Of a stretch of 64,000 nt of DNA, positions 50,371 through 63,765 are shown piece after piece. The stretch spans positions 23,808,001-23,872,000 of the forward strand of contig NC_091480.1 of assembly GCF_036971445.1 (NCBI RefSeq), read 5' to 3'. Position numbers and translations under genes: made by a program. This stretch comes from Narcine bancroftii (Eukaryota). The first letter of the stretch is position 1, and each line of letters opens with the position of its first letter. The notes beneath the pieces were generated by a model. It searched no databases. It was not told the origin of the DNA and was given only the letters and a program-made list of their open reading frames with translations.

Positions 50371-51856
50371 CTATGAAAGGTATAGAGAACTGAGAATCCA
50401 GTGGCAGAAGGCTCAAGAATTATGGGACATTGGTTAAAAGCATTGAGTGAAAGAACCAAATATGAAACAAGGAAAAAAGTCTTTTTACACAAGGAGTGGG
50501 TTCAGCCTGGAAATCCTTGCCAGGGGTAAAATTCAAAAGATAACTGAAGGACCACAATGAGAAGATAGTTGGGAACAGCACTAATTAGATTCCTCTTAAC
50601 AGAGATAGGGCAAAAGGCTTCCTTCTGTGCTGTAACCTTTCCATGATTCTATAATAAGAGGTCAGGTTAAGATCCCTGCAATAAATTGTATTTTCTTTAT
50701 CTAAAATATTGAAAAACATGCATTTTGGTGCAATTATCTTTATATAAATTGTTAAGGATACTCTAAGGACAGAAATATTCATATAACATTAGACATCACA
50801 ATTAAAAATTGTTAATCTTGTCAAATTATATTGCATACAGGGTTAAATCACTAACATTTCAATTGACTTAGGGCTTATCTCCTGTTGGAATGGAACAGAT
50901 GATTAATCCTCAACATTCTTTAGGGATTTGGAGAATATCAGCAATTAAATTAACGACTTCAAAGTTTATGCTAGGAGATTCAAGAAATGAAAGACAAAGA
51001 CGCTTTAATTTTTCACAAGTTGTTACCTTAATTATCTTCTTATTGCCTCAGTCTCTTCTCCTTCATTACAAAAACACACCCCATGGTATTCTCAGAGCCC
51101 TTTAATTTGCAATATCACAGCAACTCTGAAACATGTGTCATCTGAGATACAAAAGTCATAAATCTTACTTTGTGCATGCTCATTGAGAATAAATTGTTCT
51201 GCTGTATTGAGTCCCAGCATTAATACTGCAAAATGCTGAGAATTTTTTATATCCTTACAAACAACCTTATGATGTCTATCATTGCCATGAACTGGAACAG
51301 CATTTATAATCTATTGGAATGTACACACTTTGAGAATCTAAGCATGTTTAAAAATGTTCTCTAGTATCAGTAGCTGTTCTAAAATTCCAATGGGTTATTT
51401 TTCCAAACATTAAGTATTATCTGCCTTTCAGGCAGATGCATATTCTTTAAAAAAAAATCACAAGTATTGAAAAGATTATCTGCATCCCACACTATCTAAT
51501 TTTATTGGCTTCTTAAATTACCTATTAGAGCATTGCAGCACAGAGTCTGCCTCCTGGGCCTTGGCTGTTGTTCAAGCATTCTTCATTCTACATATAACTA
51601 AGCATTCTTATAAGGAACACTTGAACACATGACTTATGATGGGCAATCAAATTCTTTAAGAAGAAAGATGGCGGATTTATTCCAAGGGCAACTTAACTGC
51701 GGTGATATGGGTGAATTCTTTATTTGTCAACATTGACAATTATTTTAAGTTTATTTTCTATCCCAAATGCTGCAAGGTGATTTTGTGGGGAGGACCAGGT
51801 TGACAATCTAGATAATTTTTGAACGGCACTTCTTTGAAATATCTTGTTTTCGTTTC

Positions 51857-52060
51857 AGGGTAGTACAGTTAGCACAACATTGTTACAGCACCAGCGATTG
51901 GGACCGGGGTTTGAATCCGGTGTCCGTAAGGAGTTTTTAACACTCTCCCCATGTCTGAGTGGGTTTCCTATGGGTGCCGGGCTCCAGTTTCCTCCTCCCG
52001 TTCATAGTTTTATTGGGCAGTATGGCCAAAATGGCCGGTTACTGTGCTGTACGTTTAAAT
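51857..52060 (+). mobile_element. HE1/V-SINE-like SINE
   Basis: GGGACCGGGGTTTGAATCCGGTGTCCGTAAGGAGTTT. Confidence 0.85.
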
Positions 52061-52679
52061 TAAAAAAAATTAAACCACTTACAAGTGACCAAGACTTAGA
52101 TTCATTTGTATAGTAATATTAACACTAAAGCATATTGGTAGTCTCATTTCTGTTTATATTGTTACTAAACAACAAGCTGATGATAGCTTCCTTACTTAAA
52201 ATGCAAAGAATTATGATTTGGTGTTTTCCTGTGTCTTTGATGGGATAATTTGCTCAAAATAATTGCACAGCCCCCATCAGTCAGTAAAATTCAATAACAG
52301 GCACAACCACAGCATTTTGTCATTATCTGCTTACTGCCTGCTGCTTGCAATTTTATTTCAGCACCAGCGTGATTCCTCCGACTGCAGGTGCACACGTGGA
52401 TCATGGAAGGAAGGCAACCGTCTCGTCAAAAAATGGTGAAATGAAATCCATGTGATTTCAATTAAAAAATGGATCTGGTTAATTTTTTGGGTGTAGCTAG
52501 ATTTGTTATCCTGATGTGATGGCTCTGTAGTAATGAGGCACTACCGATCTAGGGCCTGACCACGAGGGCTCGAGTTTGCTCCGGTGTGTGGTATCACAAA
52601 ACATCGAGGGATGAAAAACCTGTTTCCATGTCCATCGCAAGGTGTCAATCTACATGGATTCCATTCACCAGCACTTGGT

Positions 52680-53270
52680 TAGTGGATGCAATTGTCCATC
52701 CAGATGTTCTTTAATTGTTGCAAGGCTACCTGCCCCCCAACAGTTTCCCTGACAATTCCAGATTGTCAGCGTGTTTGCGTGCAAAAGTCTTCGATCCCCT
52801 CCAACCCTCTTTCTGTTTGGCTTAAACCCATTCCCTCTGAATCTAGACATGTCCATTGTGGAGGGGGGGGGGAGGGGAAGCATTTCTGCTGTCCTCCCTT
52901 TCTGAGCAGCTGATAAGTTAGTATACCTCCACTAGGCCCTCCTCTGCTCAAGGTAAAACAAACTTTGTCTGGATTATTCTGTCCTAGGCAACATCCTGGT
53001 AAATCTCCACTGCATCCCCTCCAATGCAATCGCATCCTTCCTACTGTGTGGCAACCACAACTGTACATAATGCTCCTGGTAACAGGAATTTCTGGCCCAC
53101 AAGCCCATGCTGCACAAACACCCCAATTAACTGACAAAACCTGTACGCTTTGAAGGGTGGGAGGAAACTGGAGCACCCAGGAAAACCCACACTGACATGG
53201 AGAGGATGTACAAACTCCTTCTGACAGAAGTGATGCTGGTGGTTCCGGCACTCCAATCCATTGCATTTGC
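52680..53270 (-). mobile_element. CR1 fragment (52680-53065) abutting an HE1-like SINE (53075-53270)
   Basis: CATCCTGGTAAATCTCCACTGCATCCCCTCCAATGCAAT (CR1); GGGAGGAAACTGGAGCACCCAGGAAAACCCAC (SINE). Confidence 0.8.
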
Positions 53271-53914
53271 TCCAGACTTGCAGACATCCAGGTTTGCGTG
53301 CAAGAAGAAACATGGCCACATGTGGCCTACAGACCCCGGAACCCACATTTAACATGGTAAGTGCCCCCTTTCTGCCCGTACAACCCCAAATACAGCCACA
53401 CTGCCTATCTGGCTTAAAACCGGAGGTCTGGCCACCCTTTTGTGGGTGGGAGGGTGGTCAGAATACCTCATTTGAGGGGGGGGGCAATGCCCGCTAATGA
53501 CCCCCCCTTTGGCGTCGACGCTGCCTGCAAGACAAGATTTTTTTTTCACCATCTACCCTACTGATGCTCCCATGTCCAAACTTCATATTTTCTGTAATGT
53601 ATTCTCTCTCATATGTTAATCATTTCCCTCTGCCCATGGATCCGTTTCCAATCAACTATGCCAGAGCAAATTACAGTGCAATTAACTTAACAACAATTAT
53701 TTAAGATGTGGGAGTAAATTGGATTTGTCCATCTTAGGAAGAATTTGCAAATTCCATACCAGCAGAACTCAAAGTCAGGATAGAGTTGTCAACAGAGTAT
53801 ACAGAAAACAAAGTTGTGCAAAGAATACAGAAAACAAAAATCCCCTCCAGTGCTTAAAGCTGCACCACGAAATATTGGCAGATCACAATTTTCAACCAAC
53901 TTTGCAACACCCTT

Positions 53915-54257
53915 AGCTTAGAGTCAGTGGGTTCACACCTCTCAGAAGCACAAGCTCAAAAATCATAGCTGGCCCTTTGATCAGTATTATATGAATGTTG
54001 CCAAGTCAGAGACTGAAAGAAGGGATGGTGGTCTCCCAACTGGAACTAAGCAATTCCGAGGAAAAGCAAGAGAAACAATGGTCCAAGATGCATCCTTGAG
54101 ACCACAACATCAATGCAACATGATCAGGCTTTTTCACCTGACAGCAGGCAACTAATTCCCACATTACAGCTGTTTCTACATTTCAAAACCTATCAATCAC
54201 TATGCAATGATTTGGTATGTTCTGTAACAAATCAAATGCGAGCTTTAGTTTCTTTCA
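53915..54257 (+). mobile_element. Highly diverged DeuSINE-like relic
   Basis: Head GAGTCAGTGGGTTCACACC..CACAAGCTCAAAAATC; tail TTCCCACATTACAGC..CTACATTTCAAAA. Confidence 0.45.
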
Positions 54258-54984
54258 TTATAATGTACTTTCATCTGCCTTGAGAGGCCAATTTGCCAGT
54301 GTGTACTGTCTTCTTGAAACACCATGCCTACCCACCCCCTCTACTACCCCACTCCTCTACTCCACCCCCACTAGTACTTTCCTCCACCACCTGCTCCTTC
54401 AAACTCTCCGCTTCTCCTCCCCTATCCGATTTCCAAAAAAAGAGAGGTTTTATCAGTACAAGTTCTACCGTCAGACATTATGGCAAGATTTATCACGCAA
54501 AAAGCTGTTTCGATTTCATACAATAAATATTGATTTATCTTTGCATTGTCTGAACACCTGAAGCAATGTAGCAATATTGAGCTGAAGTAATGAGGTTATT
54601 CATTTTTTTTTCAGGTGAAATGCCTTCAGCAGCACGGGGGGAGCGCAGATAAAAACTTTCTCTCTTTCCCATTCAGCTGATAAAGAGTTTTAAAGAAAGA
54701 CTACATTTCTAGCTCGAGTTAGTGGGGGAGCTTCATTCCACGATATGATGTTGGGTTTCAATGAATGATAGATTTGAGTTTGCACAAGTGCATTTCTAAT
54801 TTCACATTCCAATGTTCACACTGCATTATTTGCAAACTCTTTGCTTAATTTTGAATGAGCAATTAAGCAACAGGCATCTGTAATCTAAGTAATTTCACCC
54901 TTATTCCCGACAATCATTCCATCTTGTTAATGGGGCAAATATGGATGGTGGGGCATGCTTTGTGGATAACATGGCTTCAATCAT

Positions 54985-55430
54985 TCATTGTGAAAAGGAC
55001 ATCACCTGGAGCCAGCCCACCAAGTCAACTGTAAAGGCGGGATACAAATGCCTGCACCTTCTATGATGTCTGAGGAGATTTGCCATGTCATTGAATACTC
55101 CAAACTTTCAGAGGTGCCCTGTGGAAACTAGACTGACTCGCTGCATCTTGGCCTAATCTGGTAATTTGAGCATCCGGGAATAGGAAAGGCTCCAGGAAAT
55201 AACAAACGTGGCCAGATTCGTTACAAGCTCTGACTCCCATCCATTAAAAACATTGATATGAAGTATTCTCTCAAGAAGGTAGCCCACATTAAAAACGAGC
55301 CCCATCACTCTGGTCACAGCCTCCTCTTGCTGCTCCCTTTGGGAAGAAGGTACCGAAGCCTGAAATCCAGCACCTCTAGGTTCAAGGGAAGTATTTTTTT
55401 CCCCAACCACCATCAGGCTCTTGAATCTCT
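54985..55430 (+). mobile_element. Rex1-like LINE 3' end
   Basis: IKNEPHHSGHSLLLLLPLGRRYRSLKSSTSRFKGSIFFP. Confidence 0.85.
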
Positions 55431-56922
55431 CTTACGATCCCAATGATAAACTACTCCAGCACCACAGAAAGACCAGTTTGCACTATTGGAATGCCTCCTT
55501 TTGTTTTACACAGTGTAACAATGATATTTACTATCTATCTTTTATATATTATCTCCTGCACTGGGGTAATTTAATATATACTTTCAGTGCATATATACCG
55601 GTATTTTGTAAGAATGTGGAAGACAATAAACATTATAATTGTGAAAGAAAAGGATTGGTTTTTTTTTCCAGTGCTTGTAATTTCAACCCTCCTCTAAAAG
55701 TAGGGACCAATTTTCTGACTCTTTCCGGCCTATAAGAATATGAACATGTACGGACCAAGCTAAGGCTTCCAGACTTTTCCTCTTGATGGCCATTCGTGAA
55801 ACAGATATAAATATATATTTTTTTAAAAACCAATCTATACTTTCTAAAAAATATCCAATTATAATCCAAATTTTAAAATACACAGCTGCCATGATGAGAT
55901 TTGAACATTTATATCTCTATTATTCATCCAAGCCTCCAGATACTTATTTTAGTCATTTTACTGTTGAACCATCACTGTACCCCAATTATTCTTGCTGTTG
56001 TCCAAATGCTCCTCTAACTGAATGAGAAATATCTGCTGGTTATCATTGCTAATGTTCTTTTATTATTCAGTAAGGCTGTATTGTAATGAAATCAGAAAAG
56101 GACAAACATTTAAATGGGGGGGGGGGGGGAAGTGACAGCAATTTCGTACATACACATCTACAGTCTGGCTCTGAACAGAGAAAACAAAACTCCCCAATTG
56201 AAGATGGGTGTATTTGAGTCTCTATTGAGAAATGGAGGAGTTATTATTACCCTCTGAGCTCAGAATCCAGAAATCTACCTTACCAGTGGCCACCATCAAA
56301 ATATCTGCAGTTCTTCATCTTTCATCATACGAGAAACACATGGGGAAGGATAGGGAAGAGAAGCAAAAAACATTTTTTAATTGAAACTGTAATAGGAAAG
56401 TATATGGTTAAGAGTGAGAGTCCGAATCACAAAGAAAATTTCCATCAAACATCTGAAAGTCTGACTTACGCTGACTTCAGGTGACCAATGACTCTGGTGT
56501 TTCAACATTAATCTGCACAAATCCAAATTAAGTGCCCTTGGCGAATCACATTTTGCAAGCATGAATCTATTATACAGGACACTCAAGTGGCCCAGACCAA
56601 TCGTGAAAACTAATTTTAAGTTAATTGGGAAACCAGTGCAACTCTAGAGCCCTGACTCTGAAAATGATTTTATGGCATTTTCATTCACTTTTGTTTTTAG
56701 TTATTAACTAGGGCCTCACAGCCATCCCACAAGCACTAATATGAGAAAGACTGTCTCACTTAAAAAGGCAATTTATATACCCCTCAGTAGGAAATCTTCA
56801 AATTTCACAATAGTTTATTTTGCACTTCCTGAACATTCATTTAACAGCAAACCATTTGCTGAATTTCTGTGATTGAATCTTATTGGCCCATTCCCATTAT
56901 TGCCTTCAAACTGATTTCTTCA

Positions 56923-58084
56923 CCATGATAAAGAAAGTAGACATGTTACTAGAGCAAAGGCTCTAAGATAAAGAAAGTAGACATGTTACTAGAACAAAGG
57001 CTCTAAGATAAAGAAAGTAGACATGTTACTACAACAAAGGCTCTATGATAAAGAAAGTAGACATGTTACTACAACAAAGACTCCATGATAAAGAAAGCAG
57101 ACATGTTACTGGAACAAAGGCTCCATGATAAAGAAAGTAGACATGTTACTAGAACAAAGGCTCCATGATAAAGAAAATAGACATGTTACTACAACAAAGG
57201 TTCCATGATAAAGAAAGTAGACATGTTACTACAACAAAGACTCCATGATAAAGAAAATAGACATGTTACTAAAACAAAGGCTCTATGATAAAGAAAGTAG
57301 ACATGTTACTGGAACAAAGGCTCCATGATAAAGAAAATAGACATATTACTAAAACAAAGGCTCTAAGATAAAGAAAATAGACATGTTACTACAACAAAGG
57401 CTCTATGATAAAGAAAATAGACATGTTACTAGAACAAAGGCTCCATGATAAAGAAAGTAGACATGTTACTAGAACAAAGGCTCCATGATAAAGAAAATAG
57501 ACATGTTACTAGAACAAAGGCTCCATGATAAAGAAAATAGACATGTTACTAGAACAAAGGCTCCATGATAAAGAAAATAGACATGTTACTAGAACAAAGG
57601 CTCCATGATAAAGAAAATAGACATGTTACTAGAACAAAGGCTCCATGATAAAGAAAATAGACATGTTACTAGAACAAAGGCTCCATGATAAAGAAAATAG
57701 ACATGTTACTAGAACAAAGGCTCCATGATAAAGAAAATAGACATGTTACTAGAACAAAGGCTCCATGATAAAGAAAATAGACATGTTACTAGAACAAAGG
57801 CTCCATGATAAAGAAAATAGACATGTTACTACAACAAAGGCTCCATGATAAAGAAAGTAGACATGTTACTGGAACAAAGGCTCCATGATAAAGAAAATAG
57901 ACATGTTACTACAACAAAGGCTCCATGATAAAGAAAGTAGACATGTTACTAGAACAAAGGCTCTAAGATAAAGAAAATAGACCTGTTACTAGAACAAACG
58001 CTCCATGATAAAGAAAGTAGACATGTTACTACAACAAAGGCTCCATGATAAAGAAAGTAGACATGTTACTGGAACAAAGGCTCT
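56923..58084. repeat. 40-bp minisatellite, ~29 copies (ACATGTTACTAGAACAAAGGCTCCATGATAAAGAAAATAG)
   Basis: Exact 40-bp period with no indels; nine identical units at 57461-57820. Confidence 0.98.
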
Positions 58085-59637
58085 GTTAAATTGCTGAGAC
58101 GGTTGAGCAACATTAAGCACATTTTCAATCAGTAAATCTCACTGAAACCTATCTTGAGCAACTGACAACAGCAATTATGAATAATATTTATAATAGTCAA
58201 GTTTTTCCAAACTTTTTTGAAACAGATACTCTATTTTTGAGCATGTACCAACATAGATTATTTTATGAAAATAAATCAAGGGACTGTATGTCCATATTTT
58301 CCATGGTATCCCTGCAGCTGTATGTTGTTATTGCTGAGACTATGTCGGGCAGTGCCAGAGTACAAGTAAAATGCCACATCCCAAGAGGGGAACTCACTGC
58401 AGGTTATTAACAAAACTATATTGATTCTTCCCCAAAATGGCAAAAATCACAATAAATTTCATCTGGACCTTCAGTGAGGCTACAAAATTCATTACTTTTC
58501 TCCACCAATAGCATTTTTTATTATCACTATTGTGTTTGCAGTGCAGTCCCTTTCATACACTATAACAAACTGCAGACTGCAGAGTACTAAACGGATTTAC
58601 TGAATTACTGCTGCCTATGTATTGAATTTGGTGAGGTACTATATCAAACTTCAAATATTGCAAACCTTGCAATTGAATAGTGTGGTGCTTAACATTATCA
58701 AACTGACATATACATTGAAATATTAACTAGGCATAACATCTATTCATATTGGAACCAGCAATTTTTCTGTTAGGTACTGTGCTTTTGAGATTAGCTTTTT
58801 TAAAAAATTACTGTAGTTTTAAATAATTCCTGTTCTACTTAAAAAGAATGCAAAAGACGAGGTCTGGGCTTACGAGGTTATTTTTGCTCTCTTCGGTATT
58901 CATGGCTGGCACGATACAATGCAAGCACATTAATGCAAATATCTATCCAGTTTTAAAATCATTACCAGGGACTGAGCAATGTGACGCAAAATAAATCGGT
59001 ATCTTAACTTTCATATAATTGCTTCGGGTTATTTAACAAAAGGATTTTAAAATGGAGACCATTTCTGGGGGAGGTTTTTTCAAAAGGCAAGGCAGATCTG
59101 TGCCACTGCCAACATGCATAATACCTACGACGGCCAGTTAATCACAGCCAGGAATGAGAAGTTTGAACCGCAGTGCAATTCAGCATCTACAGTCTTATTA
59201 CCTCCTCCAGAGTTTGCTTGTTATACAAACACTGAAATGTCTGGGGTTTCAATTGGCAGAAGTAGAATGATAGCACAACACCTGGAAATGTATCCTCAGG
59301 CTTAAAATTTGCCACCCGGAAACGTTGACATCCATCTTCCCACAAAGAAACAGTGACCTGAATAATCACTTTTCAGGGACGGTGGTCATGGAATCAGGTT
59401 CACTGGCAGAATTCCCAACACCAGACTGCAGTAAGAACCTGCCCTGATCAAGCTGCAGAAGCCTGATTATCGGTGGAATACACCAATGAGTCGTGCTCAG
59501 TTTTAGGGTGGGAGGGAAGGCAATGCAAACCAATGAAGCAGAATGCTGGTGGAAAACAATACTGGAGGAAAAGTTAATGCAACAACAAGGTGGCTCTGGG
59601 AATGGTATCATGCCAATGAGACAGAAGTGAAGGCATG

Positions 59638-59870
59638 TGGCATGGTTAGTGCCAGTGACCCAGATTTGAACCCAACGCTGTCTGTAACAAATTTGTACGT
59701 TCTCCCTCTGTCTGCGTGGGTTTCCTCTTGGTACTTCAGTTTCTTCCCACCTTTCAAAAATATATGGGGCTGTAGGCTAATTGAGTGTAATTGGGCGGCA
59801 TGTGGTCATGTGACGGAAGGGCCTGTTACCATGCTGCCTGTCTAAATTTAATTTAATTTTAATTAAATTT
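59638..59870 (+). mobile_element. HE1/V-SINE-like SINE with a 13-bp TSD
   Basis: AAGTGAAGGCATG at 59625-59637 and 59871-59883; (AATTT)n tail. Confidence 0.93.
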
Positions 59871-60259
59871 AAGTGAAGGCATGCAAGAAGCCTCTGCACT
59901 TAATTTGACTGTGGTAGACTAAGTGCAAAATAAATCTCCATGGAAGGCCAAATTGGAGAAACCTCCACAGCCACAACATGGATACTATTTATTGGGAGAG
60001 AGTTTCACAGAAGTTTGGGTCTTTTACTCAGGGTGGGACATGCCTTCAAGCATCCAGCCACTTGGAAGTAAAACCAAGAGAGCATTGAGGGACCAGGTGG
60101 AAGGTTGTATGGGTAGTAAGGGGAAGAGGAGCTGACAAAGCAAAGGCGACCGGATAAGTTTGGAGAATGTTATCAGGATTCCAGTTGTTTGTGAATCTTG
60201 CCCTTCACTTTCCAAACTTTAGATGAGCCCAGTTTTTGCGATTGCACTTGGCAGCTCTC

Positions 60260-60735
60260 TGAATCAGAGTCTGAATTAGAATTTATTGACATGAACATGT
60301 CACAAAATTTGTTGTTTTGCAGCAGTATCACAGCGCAAACATTTCTATAAACTGCATTACAAAATAAATAAAAACAGTGCAATAAAAAGAGAAAGACAAA
60401 ATAAGGCAGTGTCTGTGATTCATTGGTCATTCAGGAATCTGATGGCAGAGGGGAAGAAGCTGTTTTTGTGCCACTGAGTGCTCGTCTTCAGGCTCCTGTG
60501 GCTTTTTCCCGATGGTAGCAGAATGAAGGCCTGGGTGGAAGGCATCCTTGAGGTTAGGGGTTGCTTTCTTAAGACACTGCCTCTTGTACGTATTCTTGAG
60601 GGAGTGAAGTCTGGTGGTTGTGACCAAGTTAACAACCCTTTAGAGTTTTTTTTTTCTTATCCTAAGCATTGGCACTTCCATACCAGACAGTGATACAACC
60701 AACATGAATGCTCTCCGTGCAGAAGTTTCTATGGC
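60260..60735 (-). mobile_element. Rex1-like LINE 3' end
   Basis: LLPSGKSHRSLKTSTQWHKNSFFPSAIRFLNDQ; tail AATAAATTCTAATTCAGACTCTGATTC. Confidence 0.88.
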
Positions 60736-61699
60736 TAGGCCAATACTGTATGTGATTAATTTCTGTAAACAATAAAGGATCCCCAAGAACAACAGCTGGC
60801 CTTTGCACATCCAAGCTGAACAAGAGAGAAAGAACCAACAGGGAAGTGTAGGCCATGCTTCAAAGCACTGTGTCACCATGCAGAAGCCAAGTTTACTTCA
60901 TCTGTCTGAACACCAGCCTTTGTACATGCCAAGGCCATACTCCCTGTCAAGTAGCAACAGACTCTAGGAGCACCTGGTGTTATTGGGTGGTCATGTTTAA
61001 CTGATCACACCCAGCTTGATCTTATTTAAGTTTATTTTATCCCTGGACATTGAGGGGAGCAGAGTACATGGCAAAACACTGGGCATAAATGCAGTAAGCA
61101 GGCAACTGAATTCTAATGTTCCAGCTTGGGTAATTGACTCAACCTTGATTGCGATGAATGAAACATCATTTGGATCAATGGCTCTGGCTGGCTTCCTAAG
61201 GAGGCAGGGTGTCATTGATCGTTCACAGTCAACAATCCAAGCATCACCCCTGATCATTAACCAGCCAGAAGGATTAAACTTTGGATCTATTTTCAGGATC
61301 TGGGTTAGGGTTAGTGTTCATTGCCCATCCAAAAATGCATTTGAGACATCTTCCTGAGTCACTGCAGTTCTTGCATCAGGCTGGGAAAATGCATGGTGGA
61401 TTTGAGCTCTACCTCACAGTACATGTCTTCCTTCTCTGCGGACAAGTTGTCACTTTCTTGCTGAATCTCCTGAGAGACTGATGAAGCCCTCTTTGGTGAT
61501 TACCATCAGGAGTTTCAACTGACAAGTTCAGACTGTATCCTCAACACCACTGACCTCAAGTTCTTGAGAAAGTTTTGAATGAAACATGGTTCGACAAGTT
61601 AGAATTCCCACACTTCCAGCTATTATGAATGAGATTGTGCAGAATTTCTCCAAGTTATTTTCTCTGGAATGCAACTTGAAAGATAGTTATGGAATTCTA

Positions 61700-62225
61700 C
61701 TTGCCCTTAAACTCTTGCTGGTATTTTATTCTGACCAGGTGCATCATAGTCTGGTATGGGGTCACCAATACGTCTGAGCATAAAGCCCTGCAAAAGGTAA
61801 TGGACACAGCCCAGGACATCAAAAGCCAAAACCCTCCCTCCCCACCATCAACAACAGGGAACGCTGCTGTCAGAGCCCCAGCACTCATCAAGAATCCACA
61901 CCACCCAGCACATGCTAACCATCAGGAAAGTGGTGTAGGTGCCACAAGACTCGCACCGCCAGGTTCAGGAACAGCTGCTACCCCTCCACCATCAGACTCC
62001 TCAATAACAAACTCAATCATTTAAAGACTCTTAAGCACTTTATTTTTTTCTCTCTGTATTGCACAGTTTGTTCACATTTCTTTATTTGTTCACAGATGTA
62101 CATTGTGTATAGTTTGTTTTTTGCACTACCAATAAGTGGTTAATTCTGCTTGCACGATAAAGAATCTCAGAAAGAATGTCATGTATGCACGAAATAAATC
62201 AGAAATTTGAATTTGAAATTTGAAT
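61700..62225 (+). mobile_element. Rex1-like LINE 3' end
   Basis: ILTRCIIVWYG...ALQKVMDTAQDI...IKNPHHPAHA; same subfamily as 16475-17020. Confidence 0.88.
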
Positions 62226-63316
62226 CTTAGCATGCAAGGAGAGTTAATGTGATGGCAATTGTTTTAATGGAGAAGACGTGTTAGTAGAATCATAACAGAT
62301 CTCAAGCTTTCAATGAGTCTTTAAACAGTGGAGTGAAATGTGGTTATCAAGCAGATGCATTGGTTGGAAACATCAGAAATTGCTTGCGTTCCTATTGCAT
62401 TGTTATAACAGCTTGAACAAACCAACCACAGAAAACTTCAGGTCTGCAGTGACTCCGCTGACAGTATCTGCCACCCCCAGCTTCTGGAACACAAGGATGT
62501 TAGAATTCAGCTCAAAGTTTCATAATCTTGGATATCATGAAGCAATTTATAATTCTGTGAATTATACATGAATTCTTCCATTAGACTACAATTGTTTCTT
62601 GAACTAACCCAGTTATAAATATATTAGACGCATATTGGGTCAGGCTTGCCACCACGAAAACACAATTTGTAATGTATCATATTCCACAAAACCAGCTAAA
62701 TATGCACGATCTGTGGGAGATGCAGTTTAAAAAGTACAATAAGTGCACAACAACAGCAGATTTACAAAGTAAGAGGTTATGTGGAATTCAAATATAAAAG
62801 TTTATTTTTCAGTTCTTTAATCAATCCTCTTTTCTGAGAGCAAAGCAAACCCAAGAACAAAAGTTGATATGAAATAAACATTGGGGGTGAAAGACCTGTT
62901 CGAATTGGATGGAGCTTTCTTGACCTTGAGCTTCATCCCAGACGGCTCCTCCACCCCCACAGACTGAGCAACCTTATGTTTTGGACCTTCAGCATAGGTG
63001 GGGGCTCCCCTGCATCAAGACACCCTTTGAAAGGCTTTCTGATAAAGCAAGGCAAGGGAGTTTGGGAGCAAAGGTTAAAGCAAGGATACAGATCTGGGAG
63101 CTTCAACTTATTATCTTATCACTTCAGAAGTCAGAAAAATTGGAATTGTCTCTAAATCAAAGTCACCATCTTACATTTCACATCTTGAGACACCCAATGT
63201 GAAAGGCACCATGTTGGATCCCTTTCTTTATACCTGGAAAACTATATGGATTCCCAGATCCAATCCTCACTTTCTCATCAAAGGACACTATCACCCACAC
63301 CTACTTCCCCAAAATA

Positions 63317-63765
63317 CACTGGACAACATTTTATTCCCCAGAAGGTTTGCTTCCTGAAAAAAAATAGAGATTATGATAGGTAACTTCAAGCTGAACACAA
63401 AGATCATTTTAGATTTGGTGCAACATGTAGGAAGTTGGAGAAACATTAAATGATTTTTTTAAAAGTTTGGCATGTTTAATTGGAGAATGACGCTGACACA
63501 TTGGGTTAGTTGAACTGACCTAAAAACGTTTTGCTGCTGATTTTCATTTGTACTTAGCATCTGATGCCTCTCATGCCAATTCCAACAATAGTTGGCCAGG
63601 ATTGATGGATTCCAGTTACCCTGATACCGCTTTTCCATGGTTGCATCTGGATGAAACGTTTTTTCACCACGTTCGTCACTGTCTGCACCAAGATCAGTAG
63701 GGAAGAAGTCCAAGTGCGAATGCAGAAAATGAATTTTCAATGACATGTTGCACTTTGTGGTTTTC
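63317..63765 (-). mobile_element. Chapaev3-like DNA transposon right end with transposase C-terminus
   Basis: CNMSLKIHFLHSHLDFFP.DLGA.SDE.GE..FH....MEKRYQGNWNPSILANYCW; TIR CACTGGACAAC at 63317; homologous to the reverse complement of 50200-50370. Confidence 0.85.

Noticed and set aside
56923-58084. CRISPR array (also considered for 23715-24023)
   Set aside because: Head-to-tail repeats with no unique spacers, no cas genes, vertebrate context.
12541-61357. Protein-looking ORFs in unique DNA (12541..12753, 23185..23475, 39754..40056, 61016..61357)
   Set aside because: No recognisable domain or convincing splice boundaries; lengths are within chance expectation for a 64-kb six-frame scan.
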